Below, piece after piece: positions 24,994 through 35,500 of a stretch of DNA of 64,000 nt. The stretch covers positions 744,001 to 808,000 of the forward strand of contig JANHCV010000001.1 in assembly GCA_025594325.1 (NCBI GenBank). The letters run 5' to 3'. Position 1 is the first letter of the stretch. Every line of letters starts with the position of its first letter. The notes below the pieces were generated by a model. That model ran no database searches. It saw only the letters and a list, made by a program, of their open reading frames with translations, and had not been told where the DNA came from. This stretch comes from Blastocladiella emersonii ATCC 22665. Lineage: Eukaryota; Fungi; Blastocladiomycota. The position numbers and the translations under genes were made by a program.

Positions 24994-26688
24994 ATGGAAC
25001 CAACCAACCCCACGAGTATCCGCATCTCACGGACCCGTCCCGCGACCGTCCAACGCAGCGCTTCCCCGGCGCCCGCAGCCGATACGGCCGACTCGCTGTC
25101 GAGCTCCAACACGTCGCTCTCGACCGTCGACTCGGCCGCCGCTGCCAACCCGCCCACCGCCGCTGCAGCTGACCCGATGGTCGTCGACACGCCCGACGAG
25201 GACAAGTCGCGCCGTCCCGCGCGCAAGCGCGCCAAGAAGGCCGACGGCGAGGCTGCTCCCGCGCCTGCTGCTCCCGCGACGCGCCGGAGTGCCCGCGCGC
25301 CGAAACCTTCGGCTAAGGCGGTGACGGCCGAGGGGGACGATCTGTCGGACGAGGAGGAGGAGGAGGCGGCGCCGCGGACTACGCGCACGCGCAGCGGGCG
25401 GGTCTCGGGCGCCGCTGCTACTCCCGCGGCGACGCCCAAAAAGGCGGCTGCGCCCGCCAAGGGCAAGGCCAAGGCGGCGGCTCCGGCCAAACCCAAGGCC
25501 GCGCCGGCCGCGGCTGCAGCGGGCAAGAAGAAGCCGGCGCGGCAGACCAAGGCGCAGCGCCTGGCCGAAGCGCGCGCGACGCAGCAGCAGCTAGTCGAGC
25601 ACGCGGTCGCCGAGCCGGCGTACTTCGCGTACGACCGGGCCTCGCCGCTCGCGCAGCTCCCCTCCCTCGCGCCGCTGCTGACCAAGGACCACTGGGCGAT
25701 GCTGACGGACGCGGACCGCGCCGAGCTGCTGGCGATGCTGCCCGACGCCGACCTGTTCGCCGACGGGTCCGCGCTGCGCCACGACTTCTTCAACGCGACC
25801 AACCTCACGACCCAGGCCGAACGGTACCTCGAGTACCTCGAGTGTGGACTGCTCGCGCACGTGCTCGCCGACTCGGTCCTCGCGGGCGACGCCGCCAAGG
25901 AGGCCGTGGCTGCTGCTGAGAGCAAGCCCGGCGCGCCCAAGCGCCCGCGTAACCCGGCCAAGCCGATCCCGGACCTCCGCCTCATGCAGGTCAAGCAGGG
26001 CGAGCTCGACCCCGCGGCGCTCGACGGGCCCGACGCGCCGTGGCTCCGCGCGCTGTTCTGCGACGACGACGAGGGCGGGGATGACGCCGAGGCGTGGAAG
26101 GACGAGAATTTCGAGTCGTTCTGGGGCGAGCTCGCCGAGCGCCAGCGCCGCAAGAACAAGCACGCCGCGGGTGCGTCCGCCCAGGTCACGGTCGCGGACC
26201 TCCTCAAGGCGGGCGCGATCCGCGCCGGCGACAAGGTCCGGTACTTTAAGAAGTTTGTGCGCCCGTTCGCGTTCCAGATCGACGCGCTGGTCGAGGTACG
26301 CTCACTCGGCTCTCGCGGTTGCGGCCTTGACTGACACCCCCTCCCACTCTCGCGCACACTGTAGCTCAAGACGGTCGCCAACACCAAGTTCACGGGCGTC
26401 CTGCTCGAGGAATCCGTCGACTTCGAGGACGCGGCGCACGCGCGCCCCGCCGCGACGCCCGCGGCGCCAACGGACCTCGCGTTCCGCTCCTTCAACGACC
26501 TCGAGGGCGTCCTGTACGAGCGCGCGCTCGGCACCCGCGAGGCGCGGCCCAACGGCAACGTGTGGCGCAACACCAAGCGCGTCCGCGGCGGGACCAAGGA
26601 CGTGACGCTGTTCCAGCTCCGCCGCGAGTTTATCGCCGCGGGCGAGAACCGGCCCACGGGGAAGCGGAATGTTGGTGTCGTTGAGTGA
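24994..26688 (+). CDS. Asx-homology (DEUBAD/ASXH) chromatin protein with RAMA-like C-terminal domain (2 exons)
   Basis: LAPLLTKDHWAMLTDADRAELLAMLP...FFNATNLTTQAERYLEYLECG (ASXH-like); ENFESFWGE; VTVADLLKAGAIRAGD; FRSFNDLEG...PNGNVWRN...TLFQLR. Intron 26296-26364. Confidence 0.75.
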
Positions 26689-26784
26689 TGGATGGTCTGG
26701 GTGGTTCCCGCAGCAGTACATATAGTTTTGGTTTGGTTCGAGCAACTCCTGGCCAGCCCATATGCCGCGCACGCGCGAGAGTGG

Positions 26785-26804
26785 AGACGCGTCGCGCGAC
26801 GCGT
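26785..26804. promoter_or_regulatory. Perfect 20-bp palindrome containing two ACGCGT sites, upstream of the CEP89-like gene
   Basis: gacgcgtcgcgcgacgcgtc equals its own reverse complement. Confidence 0.55.
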
Positions 26805-26915
26805 CGGGAGACGCTGCTGATCGTCCCTATCTTCAGTCCCCGCCAACCAGCACTAGCACACGACTGTACCTTGCAAAACGGATGCAACTTGGCGCCGCGC
26901 GCACGCCCACCCACC

Positions 26916-29626
26916 ATGACTCCACCACCACCGGGCATCCTCGCGCCCATCGGCGACCTGCACGGCCCGCTGCACCGCCCGCCGCTCGTGAGTCCCGTCA
27001 AGAAGCCGCGGCCACCGAGCCCGCCTCCCCCTCCACCACCTCCGCCGCCGCGGGAACGCACGCCGACCCCGTCACCACCATCCTCGCCGCCACCGCCGCC
27101 GTTCGACGGCGTCCCGCGCGATGCGTACGACGCGGCGGTCCAGGAATCCGCGTTTCTGCGGGATGTCGTCGCGCGGCTCAACTCTGAGCTCGCGCAGTGC
27201 AAGAAGCTCGGGCTCGCGCAGGGTGAGAAGCGGGAGCTGGTACGCGAACACGACTGCGAGTCCAGACCGGAGCTGACCACGTGGCCGTAGTCCGAGTTCC
27301 TCGAGTCGGGCGACGCGGGGTGGCTGTGGGACGCCGAGGCGCTCGCGCCGCTGCTCGCGTGCACCGACGAGTACGTCAAGCAGATGGCCGACCGGATCGC
27401 CGAGTACGATGTACGTCGTTTCGCGCCGCGCGCACGTGGGATGCTGGGCTAACTGCTTGGAGCGGGTTAGGCCAAGGTCCCCGACCTCGTGAACCGGTGC
27501 GAGTCGCTCGTCGCCGAGAACGAGAAGCTGTACACGCAGATCGACGCGCTCCAGGGCGCGCAGCGCCACGCGGCTGCGATGAAACCGGTCGCGCCGCCGC
27601 CGGCGTCGGATCCGAACGCTTCGTACGTCGTCGCTGCCGAAGCCCGCGTGGATACCCGAACTTACCCCGAGGCGTGCGTAGCGAGCACATCACCCAACTG
27701 ATCCATCAAAACCAGCATCTGCGGCGCGAGCTCCAGTCCGTGCGCGCCGCCGCCGACACCGCCGCGCGGGACTCGTCCGCCGCCTCCTCCCAACTCAAGA
27801 CGCTGACCGCGCAAAACGACGCCCTCCGCGCAGCGAAGCGTGACCTCGAGGACCAAGTAACCGCGGCCGCCGCCGACGTGGCTGCGCTCGAAGCCGAGAA
27901 CGCGGGCGCGCACCGTCTCGCGACGCAGCAATCTCACGACCTGCGCCGCGCACACGACCGGATCGCCGCCCTCGAATCCTCGGTCGCGACTGTCACGGCG
28001 CGGTTCCAGGACTCGCTCCGCGAGGTGCACGCGTGGACCGCGCGGCACCGTGACGTGGTCGCCACGGTGCGCGAGCAGGAGGCCGAGCTCGCGGCAGCGA
28101 CGGCCGCGGCCTTGGCCACGACGGAGACGGTGCGCGGGCTCGAGGACGCGCAGCGCGAGGTGACCGCGCGCGCCGACGCGCTCGAGAAGCGGCTCACCGA
28201 CCAGACCCAGCGCGAGGCCAAGCTCGTTGCGACGGTGCACGCGCAGGCCTCGGCGCTCGACGAGGCGCGCCGCGAGCGCGATGCCGCGGTGGCGGCGGCC
28301 GACGAGGCGAGGGCCAAGTGCGCGAGTATGGCGGGGCTCGTCAACAGCGTGGTCCCCGACTCGGTCGCGAAGCGCGACGTGGTCCGCCTAAAGGCCGAGC
28401 ACGCGGCGGCACTCGACGCGCTGCGCGGCGAGCTCGCGCTGCTGACCGAATCACACGTCGCGCTGTCGAGCGCCATGGAGCGCGCGGTGCGCGACCGGCG
28501 CATGGTCGACGACGAGCTGCGCCGCGTCCAGCAGAGTGTCCCCGAAGAGCACGCGCGGCTCGCGGCGGTCGTGGACGAGCTCGCAGCGCGGCTACGCGGT
28601 GTGGAGAGGGAGCGGAGCGAGGTCGTGCATCAACTCGATCAGTTCGTATGCGTGTCGCGCGGGGACGGGGTCTGCGGGGGGATGGAGACTGACTGACGCG
28701 TCGTGGTGTAGGGCGCAGCGTAAACTCGACCGCGTCGACCAGCGCAACGACCAGGAGAAGCAGGTCCTCGCGCAGGAGCTCGCGCACGCGCAGAAGCGCG
28801 CGTCCCGCGCCGAGATCATGGTCGAGGAGGTCAAGGTACGCACGCAATCGCTCTCGGGGTCTCGTCCGACCACGCGCTGACGACCGAGCGAGTGTAGGAG
28901 GCCAACCTCAAGCTGATCAGCCACCTGTCGGACGTCACCAAGCAGCTGCACGACGCGCAGCAGGCCAAGTCGCGCGCCGAGCAGCTCGCGGACGTGACAG
29001 CCAAGCAGCTGGCCAAGCAGTTCGAGTCCAAACTGCACGGTCTGCGGTCGGAGCTCAGCGACCTGCGCCAGACGCACGCCGCGGCGTGCAAGGAGCTACA
29101 CGATCTCCGCGCGACCCTCGCCGCGCGCACTACCAAGTTCACGTCCGAGCACGCGCAGCTGACGAAAGACTACGACACGCTCGTCGACACGCTGCGCACG
29201 CAGCTCGCCACGGCGCACGCGCAGCGCGAGGACGCGTTCCGCGCGGCCAAGGCGATCAAGGCCAAGCTCCGCCGCGAGCTCCACTCGGAACGTGCCGCCC
29301 ACGCCGACGCCGTGCACCGGATCCAGGAGCTCGCAAGGCGGAACGACGAGCTGCTGACCAAGGTCGCTGAGACGACGCGCGCTGCGGCGGGGATGGCGAG
29401 GGAGAAGCGCGAGGCGCAGCGGCGCGCGATGGAGCTCGTGGCGACGGCGGCTAAGGGGACTCGGATCCCGCACGTGGTGTCGCCCGCGGACTCGGACGTG
29501 GTCGGCAGTCCTCGGAAACGGCGACCCGACCCGCCGCTGCTGCCAACGCCGATGGCGCCGCCAGGAACGACCATGTTCGCGGCCGAGCTCGAGGTGCAGC
29601 TGGAGCGCATCAAGGCGAGGGGATGA
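26916..29626 (+). CDS. CEP89: Centrosomal distal-appendage protein CEP89/CCDC123-like, multi-exon coiled coil
   Basis: LRDVVARLNSELAQC...GWLWDAEALAPLLACTDEYVK...LVAENEKLY matches the recalled CEP89 pattern (WLLDxKYLSPLLLAY...VVKENEEL). Introns at about 27240, 27411, 27623, 28646 and 28837. Confidence 0.7.
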
Positions 29627-29712
29627 ATGAGACTCAATGATTGTACTCCTACTACTAGTTGTATGTGTGCACGTCAAGGGTTTTCAGTGTATTGAGGTGG
29701 GGTAGATCATCA

Positions 29713-30858
29713 TCATTCGTCGTCCGGGTCCTGCTCCGAGTCGTCGTCGCCCGAGGCCATCTCCTCCCAGCTTCCTTCGGACCCGTCCTCCTCCTCGGCG
29801 TCCTCGTTGCTCGGGAGGCCGTCGCGGTACTCGGCACGACCCATGAGCTCGCGCATCTCGGCCTCAAGGTCCGAGTCCATGTCCTCGCCGTCATCAAAGT
29901 CGACGTCGTCCTCGTCCTGGTCGTCGTCGGCGCCGCCCGCGAGCATGCCCTCGAGGTCGCCGAGGCCCAGGCGGTCGAGGTACTTGGACTCGGCGGCATC
30001 GTCGTCGTCGGATCCGCTCGCAGCGGCCTCCTCGTCGTCGTCGTCCGAGACCCACTCCTCGGCGTCCGAGTCGAGCTCCTCGTCCGAGTCAAACTCGGCG
30101 CCGGATCCGAGCCCCGCGTCATCATCATCATCGCTTCCACTGCCCGCCTCGTCGCAATCCTCATCATCATCACTCGCAGCAGCGGCAGCGGCCTCGCGCG
30201 GGACGTCCTCCTCGGGGAACTCGTGGATGATGGTGTCGCCCTTGGCGGTGACGCCCGAGAAGGCCTCGTACAGGTCGCCGAGGCCGTCCTCGGCAATCTT
30301 CTGCGGGACGGCGGCCGACTTGCGCTTCTTGAGCTTGAGCAGGCGCTCGTACCGGTCAATGTCCATGCGGTCAATGGCCTCGTCGCGGTCGAAGCCGAGG
30401 TCGAGCCCGCGCGGTACGGGCGCCGACGCCGGGATCACGCGCGACTCGCGCAGCTTGGCGAACAGCGCGGGGTCCTTGCTCGCCAGCTTGATCATCTTGG
30501 CCGTGTCATCGGCGTCGGTGGTGGGGCGGGAGGCGGGCTTCTTGCCCTTGGACGAGGATGAAGACGAGGACGCGGCGGGAGCAGCAGCAGCGGCGGCGGC
30601 GGTCTTGCTGCGCTTCGCGGGGCGATCCGCGGGGGCAGCAGCGTCGGGCGCGGGCCGCTTGGCGGGCTTCGCCGCCGCCGGCGCCGCAGCCTTGCCGGCC
30701 TTGGCCTTAGGCTTCTCGGCAGCGGTGGCGTGCTGCTGGTAGTGCGCGGCCTTGCGGTGCTTCTTCTCGGCGCGCTCCTGCTTGCGCGCCTCCTTGCGCG
30801 ACTTGCCGGGCTTGCCGGTCGGCGGGGCGCCGCGCGTGGACGTCTTTGGGCGTGGCAT
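29713..30858 (-). CDS. Basic/acidic nucleolar-type protein resembling only the N-terminal region of Sgd1/NOM1
   Basis: KSRKEARKQERAEKK; DIDRYERLLKLKKRKSAAVPQKIAEDGLGDLY; long D/E tract; stop at 29713 with no MIF4G/MA3 region. Confidence 0.65.
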   Translation of the reverse strand: MPRPKTSTRGAPPTGKPGKSRKEARKQERAEKKHRKAAHYQQHATAAEKPKAKAGKAAAPAAAKPAKRPAPDAAAPADRPAKRSKTAAAAAAAPAASSSSSSSKGKKPASRPTTDADDTAKMIKLASKDPALFAKLRESRVIPASAPVPRGLDLGFDRDEAIDRMDIDRYERLLKLKKRKSAAVPQKIAEDGLGDLYEAFSGVTAKGDTIIHEFPEEDVPREAAAAAASDDDEDCDEAGSGSDDDDDAGLGSGAEFDSDEELDSDAEEWVSDDDDEEAAASGSDDDDAAESKYLDRLGLGDLEGMLAGGADDDQDEDDVDFDDGEDMDSDLEAEMRELMGRAEYRDGLPSNEDAEEEDGSEGSWEEMASGDDDSEQDPDDE

Positions 30859-31305
30859 GGTATTTGATTCGTAGCGGTTCAGCGTGTGGCGATGGGGAGG
30901 GTCGGCAGCGAACAAGGCGACGCGACAAGAAACGCGAGGGTCAGCGAGTGGCGTTGCGCGGGTCAGCCGGCGCCGCGTGACGCGTCGCGAGGGCGGCCCG
31001 GCGACGCGCTGCGCCTCTCTCCCCTCGCCCGCCGCCATCGAGCCCAACTCTCCTCGCCGCCTACGAGTCAGACTCGACATCGGCAGCTGCTGCCCGCAAC
31101 GTAACTCTACGCATCACCGCCACCTGCCTGAACCCCGCGCGGCGACGACGCGCCGTGCACTTGACCGCCGCCATCGCCTCCAGCCTCGCCACGGGCCGTC
31201 AGATTCACGGCCACCACTGATTGTTTGGCCCGGCCTTCCGGAACTGCTCTCGCGTACCCCGCGTCCCTGCGCGCTACATAACCCGCCCGCGTCCCCACTC
31301 CAACC

Positions 31306-32476
31306 ATGGCGGCCAAGAAGAAGGCTGCTGCCGCCGCGGCACCTGCACCCGCTGACGCCGCATCGACCGACGCTGCTGCCGGCACCACCGCCTCGTCCCC
31401 GCCAACAACAAAACGGGGCCCCACCACGCGCTCGCGCTCGCCCGCCCGATCCAAGGCCGCGAAAGCCGCCGCCGCTGCCGCCGCCGCTGCCGCCGCTACG
31501 CTGGCCGCTGACGCCGCCTCCGCCGTCAAGTCGCCCCCGTCCCCCGCCGCCGCCAAGGCCGATCCCGCCGCCATCCCCAACCCCGCGATGCTCGGCGGGT
31601 CCGACAACGAGACGGGCGCGGGCGGCGCCGAGGAGATGACGCGCGACGACTGGGAGGCCAAGGAGCACGACCGGCTGCTGCCCATCGCCAACGTGGCGCG
31701 CATCATGAAGAAGACGCTGCCCGACAACGCCAAGATCTCCAAGGAGGCCAAGGAGTGTGTCCAGGAGTGCGTGTCCGAGTTCATCTCGTTCATCACGTCC
31801 GAGGGTACGCTTCCTGGGGTTGTGCGCGAGCGATCGATGCTGACGCGCGCTGGGTGTAGCGAGCGACCGGTGCCAGCAGGAGAAGCGCAAGACCATCACG
31901 GGCGAGGATATCCTGTGGGCCATGCAGCAGCTCAGCTTCGACAACCACGCTGAGACGCTCAAGGTCTACCTGACCAAGTACCGCGAGGTACGCGTCCCCT
32001 CGTCGCGCTCCTCCCGATCCCGGCCGCTGACTCTCCTCATCCTCGCACCCTAGTGGCTCGAGCTCAAGAGCGACAAGACGTCCAAGCACAAGTCCTCAAA
32101 GTCGACCGACGACTCCGCTTCCTCCTCCGCCATCACCACCAACGGCTCGCAGCAGAAGCTCCCGCAGCAGTCGCAGCCTCAGCCGCAGCCCCAGCAGTCC
32201 GTCGCGCCCTACCACCACCAGCAGCACCACCAGCAGCACGGGTACCCACCGGTCCAGGGCTTCCCGCCAGGAGCCCACATGCAGCCGCAGCAGCAGCAGC
32301 AGCAGCACCCGGGCTACGCCATGGGCGCGCCCGGGTTCCCGCAGCAGCATCAGCAGCAGCACGCGTACCCTCACCACCAGCAGCACCCGCACCAGGGAAC
32401 CCCGGCGCCAGGCACGCCTATGATGCCGCCGCCGCCACAGCAGCAGCAGCCACCAGCACCCTCGTCGTCATCTTGA
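31306..32476 (+). CDS. HAP3: CCAAT-binding factor subunit Hap3/NF-YB with Q/H/P-rich tail (3 exons)
   Basis: [45 protein letters not shown]|[22 protein letters not shown] histone fold. Confidence 0.95.
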
Positions 32477-32507
32477 ATGCATGTATATTGATTTCCTCGT
32501 CTCTCCT

Positions 32508-35500
32508 CTAATCGTCGGCCAGCAACCGGTCATTGTACTTGTACCGCGTCGCGTTGAGCCACTGCTGCACCGTGCCGACCGACTGCGCGACGCGCGCGCG
32601 CTCGCGCTGCAGGTACTGGTCGTACAAGTCGTCGAGCAGGCTGCGGTACCTCGCGCCTGCGCCGCCGCCCGCAGACCCCGGCCGTCCTCTGGCCCCGCTC
32701 CCCGCACGGCTGCCCGCCAGACTCCGCGGGAGAACCGACAGCAACCCGACACGCACCATGGCGGCCTCGAGCTGCTCGCGCGACTGGACGTTGAAGAACG
32801 CGAGCGCCTGCATCGCGGCGCGGCGGACCGTCGGGTGTGCGTCGGCGAGCCGCGCAATCAGCGCGACCAGCACGTCTGGGTGGTACATGCCGATCCGCGG
32901 CAACGTCGCCGCGATCTGCGCGCGCACCGCCCACTCGGGGTCGCCGTGCAGCGTGTCGACGAGCGGGTGGAGCACCGTGGCGACGGGGTCCGCAATGTCG
33001 CGCCCGAACACCCGGTACACGTACGCGACCATCTTGGCCGCCTCGACGCGCGCGTGCGTGTGCGGCGCGACCCGGATCAGGTCGCCCAGGACGTGCAGCA
33101 CGTTGGCCACCGTCACGTCGCGCCCGCCCAGGCCTGGGAACCACGACAGCGACATGACGCGCGAAAGCTTGTGCTGCAGCTCGTCCGCGGGACCCGGCCC
33201 GCCGCCCGGCGACGCGGGGTTCGAGACCGACGACCGACGGCGCCCGCTGCCACTCCCGCTGAGATCCAGCTTGAGCTCGGTCGCGGCCACAGGCGTCCCC
33301 GCGCCGCCGGACCCCGGCGCCGACGACGACCGCCGCTGCTTGCGCAGGATGCTCCACACGGCGCGGTCCTCGTCGCGCGGCTCCTGCAGCGTCACCTTGC
33401 GCCGCGGCTTTTCGGGCTCGGGCTTGGCGCGCGGCGCCAGGATCGGTTTTGGCGGGACCTTGGTCGCGGCGGGAAGCGGTTTCGCCTTGAACGCGGGCGC
33501 GGCGGGTTTCGCAGGGGAGGCGGCGGCCGCGGGAGCCGGCTTCTTGGCGCCGCCAGCGCCCATGAGCAGCTTCATCGGCATGGCGGGCGGCGGCGCGGGT
33601 TTCGGCGCGGGCGCGGGCTTCCTGGGCGGCGCGGCCGAAGGCGGCATCATCTTGACGGGCGACTTGGCGGGCTTCGAAGGCGCGTCCTTGACCTCCTCGA
33701 GGCTCGGTTCCTTGCGCGGCGGCGCAGGGGCCGGTGGCGGGGTCGGCTCGCGCGGGGGCGGCGTGGGTTCCCGCGGCGGCGGTGGCGGAGGAGGGGTAGG
33801 CTCGCGCGGCGGAGGCGGAGTAGGTTCCTTGCGCGGCGGCGGTGGAGGGGGCGGGGTCGGTTCGCGCGCGGGCGGAGGCGGGGGCGGCGGGGTCGGGTCG
33901 AGGATGTCGAGGTCCTCGTCGCCGTCGTCGGCGAGATCGACCGCGTTCGCCGCGTCGTCGTCATCGTCGTCGTCGCGGCCGCCGTGGTGGTGGTGGTCGT
34001 CGTCGTGGTCGGGTTTCGGCGGCGGCGAGGGCTTCTCGGCGCGCTCCTTCTTGCGCCGGTGCTTGATCGTGTGGCGGGTCTTGCCGCGGCCGCCCGCCGC
34101 GCCACCCGCGGGCCCAGCCTCGACGGGCGGCGGGACCGCGGGCGCGGCGACGTCGGGCGGACGCGCGGTCGAGTTGGGCACCGCGACGACGCCGGCGTGC
34201 AGGACGCCGATCATTCTTATCTTGCGCTGGATGTTGCGCATCTTGGTCTCGAGCGGGATGATGCCGCGGTCGCGCTTGTAGTTGCGGATGGCGCCGTCGC
34301 GGCCGTCGACCGTGGCCACGTCCTCGTCCGTGACCTTGGGCTGGTACAGCTGCGCCGCGTTGCGGTTGGTCCGCAGAATGTACTTGACCTGCCCGTGCGC
34401 CGCGTCCGACTTCATCATCTGGTCGAGGTTGTCCCACACCTGCGCGTCGTCGACCGACATGGTGTTGTAGGTCCGCCGACTCATGTCCGACAGCAGCGTG
34501 TCGAGCTCGTCGTCCGTCTGGCTCCGGTCCGGCGCGGGCTCCATGCCCGTGAACAGGTACCGCGACGGCCGCGTCCCGCGCCGGTCCGCGGTCGCCGACG
34601 AGAAGGACGACGTCAGCGCGCTCGACCCCGACGCGTTGAGCCCGTTGAGCGACTGCCGGCTGTCCCGCACTACCGTCGACTCGGTCCGCGACAGCTGGCT
34701 ACCGCGCGTGTCGTGCGATTTGGGCTTCGCCGTCTACACGTCACGGGCGTGAGTCTTGTGGTTGATCTTGAGCGCGTCTCGAACGTACCATGCCGCGCGG
34801 ACCCATGAGCTCGCGCTGGAACTCCTGCATCAGTTCCGAGTCGAGGTACCCGTCGTCGGGCTTGACCGAGCTACACGCGCGCCGCGTCGCGAGGTCAGTC
34901 GAGTCCACACCAGCTCGAACGGCACACGTACTAGAGACACATGTGCCACTGCTCCTTGTCGAACCCGGGCCGCTCGCGGAACCCGCGCCAAAAATCGAGT
35001 CCGGGGTCAAACGGCATCGGGTCCTCGGGCGGGTCCTCGGGCACGCTGATCTCCTGCATCACGTACGAATGCGCCGCCGGCATGTAGTCGCGCCAGCGGA
35101 CGATGCTGACCTCGTCGTGGACGCCGACGAGCAGGTCGCCGCGCTGGTTCGCGAACGCGATGCACGTCACGGGCTCGCCAATCTGGATTTCGCGCACCAG
35201 CATGTTGTCCGCGTTCCACAGCTTAACCACGCCGTCCATGCCGCTCGTCACGTACAGCCCGAGCGTCGGCAGGTGGTCGACCGCCGTCACCACCCGCGTG
35301 TGGTCCTCGTCAGGCGAGTGCAGCCACAGGCGCCCGCTCGGCGCCAGGCTACCCGTCCCCGCGACGCCGCTCGACACGACCACCGTGGCCGCGCCGGGCA
35401 AGCTGCTGTGCGACGACATTGGGTCGCGGTTGAGCGAGCTGCTGCTCGAGTTCCCGCCGCCCCCGCTGTGGTTCGGGTGCTGCTGCTTGGCCGTGAGCGG

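Noticed and set aside
32481-34808. 775-aa plus-strand ORF and similar long overlapping ORFs (e.g. 51234-54359, 10272-11873, 7932-9188)
   Set aside because: Shadow frames of real GC-rich genes; Arg/Gly/Pro-rich, no motifs, stops are rare at this GC content.
34931-34933. TAG apparently terminating the WD protein
   Set aside because: It is TA|GTACG, a splice donor; the frame continues in the next exon.
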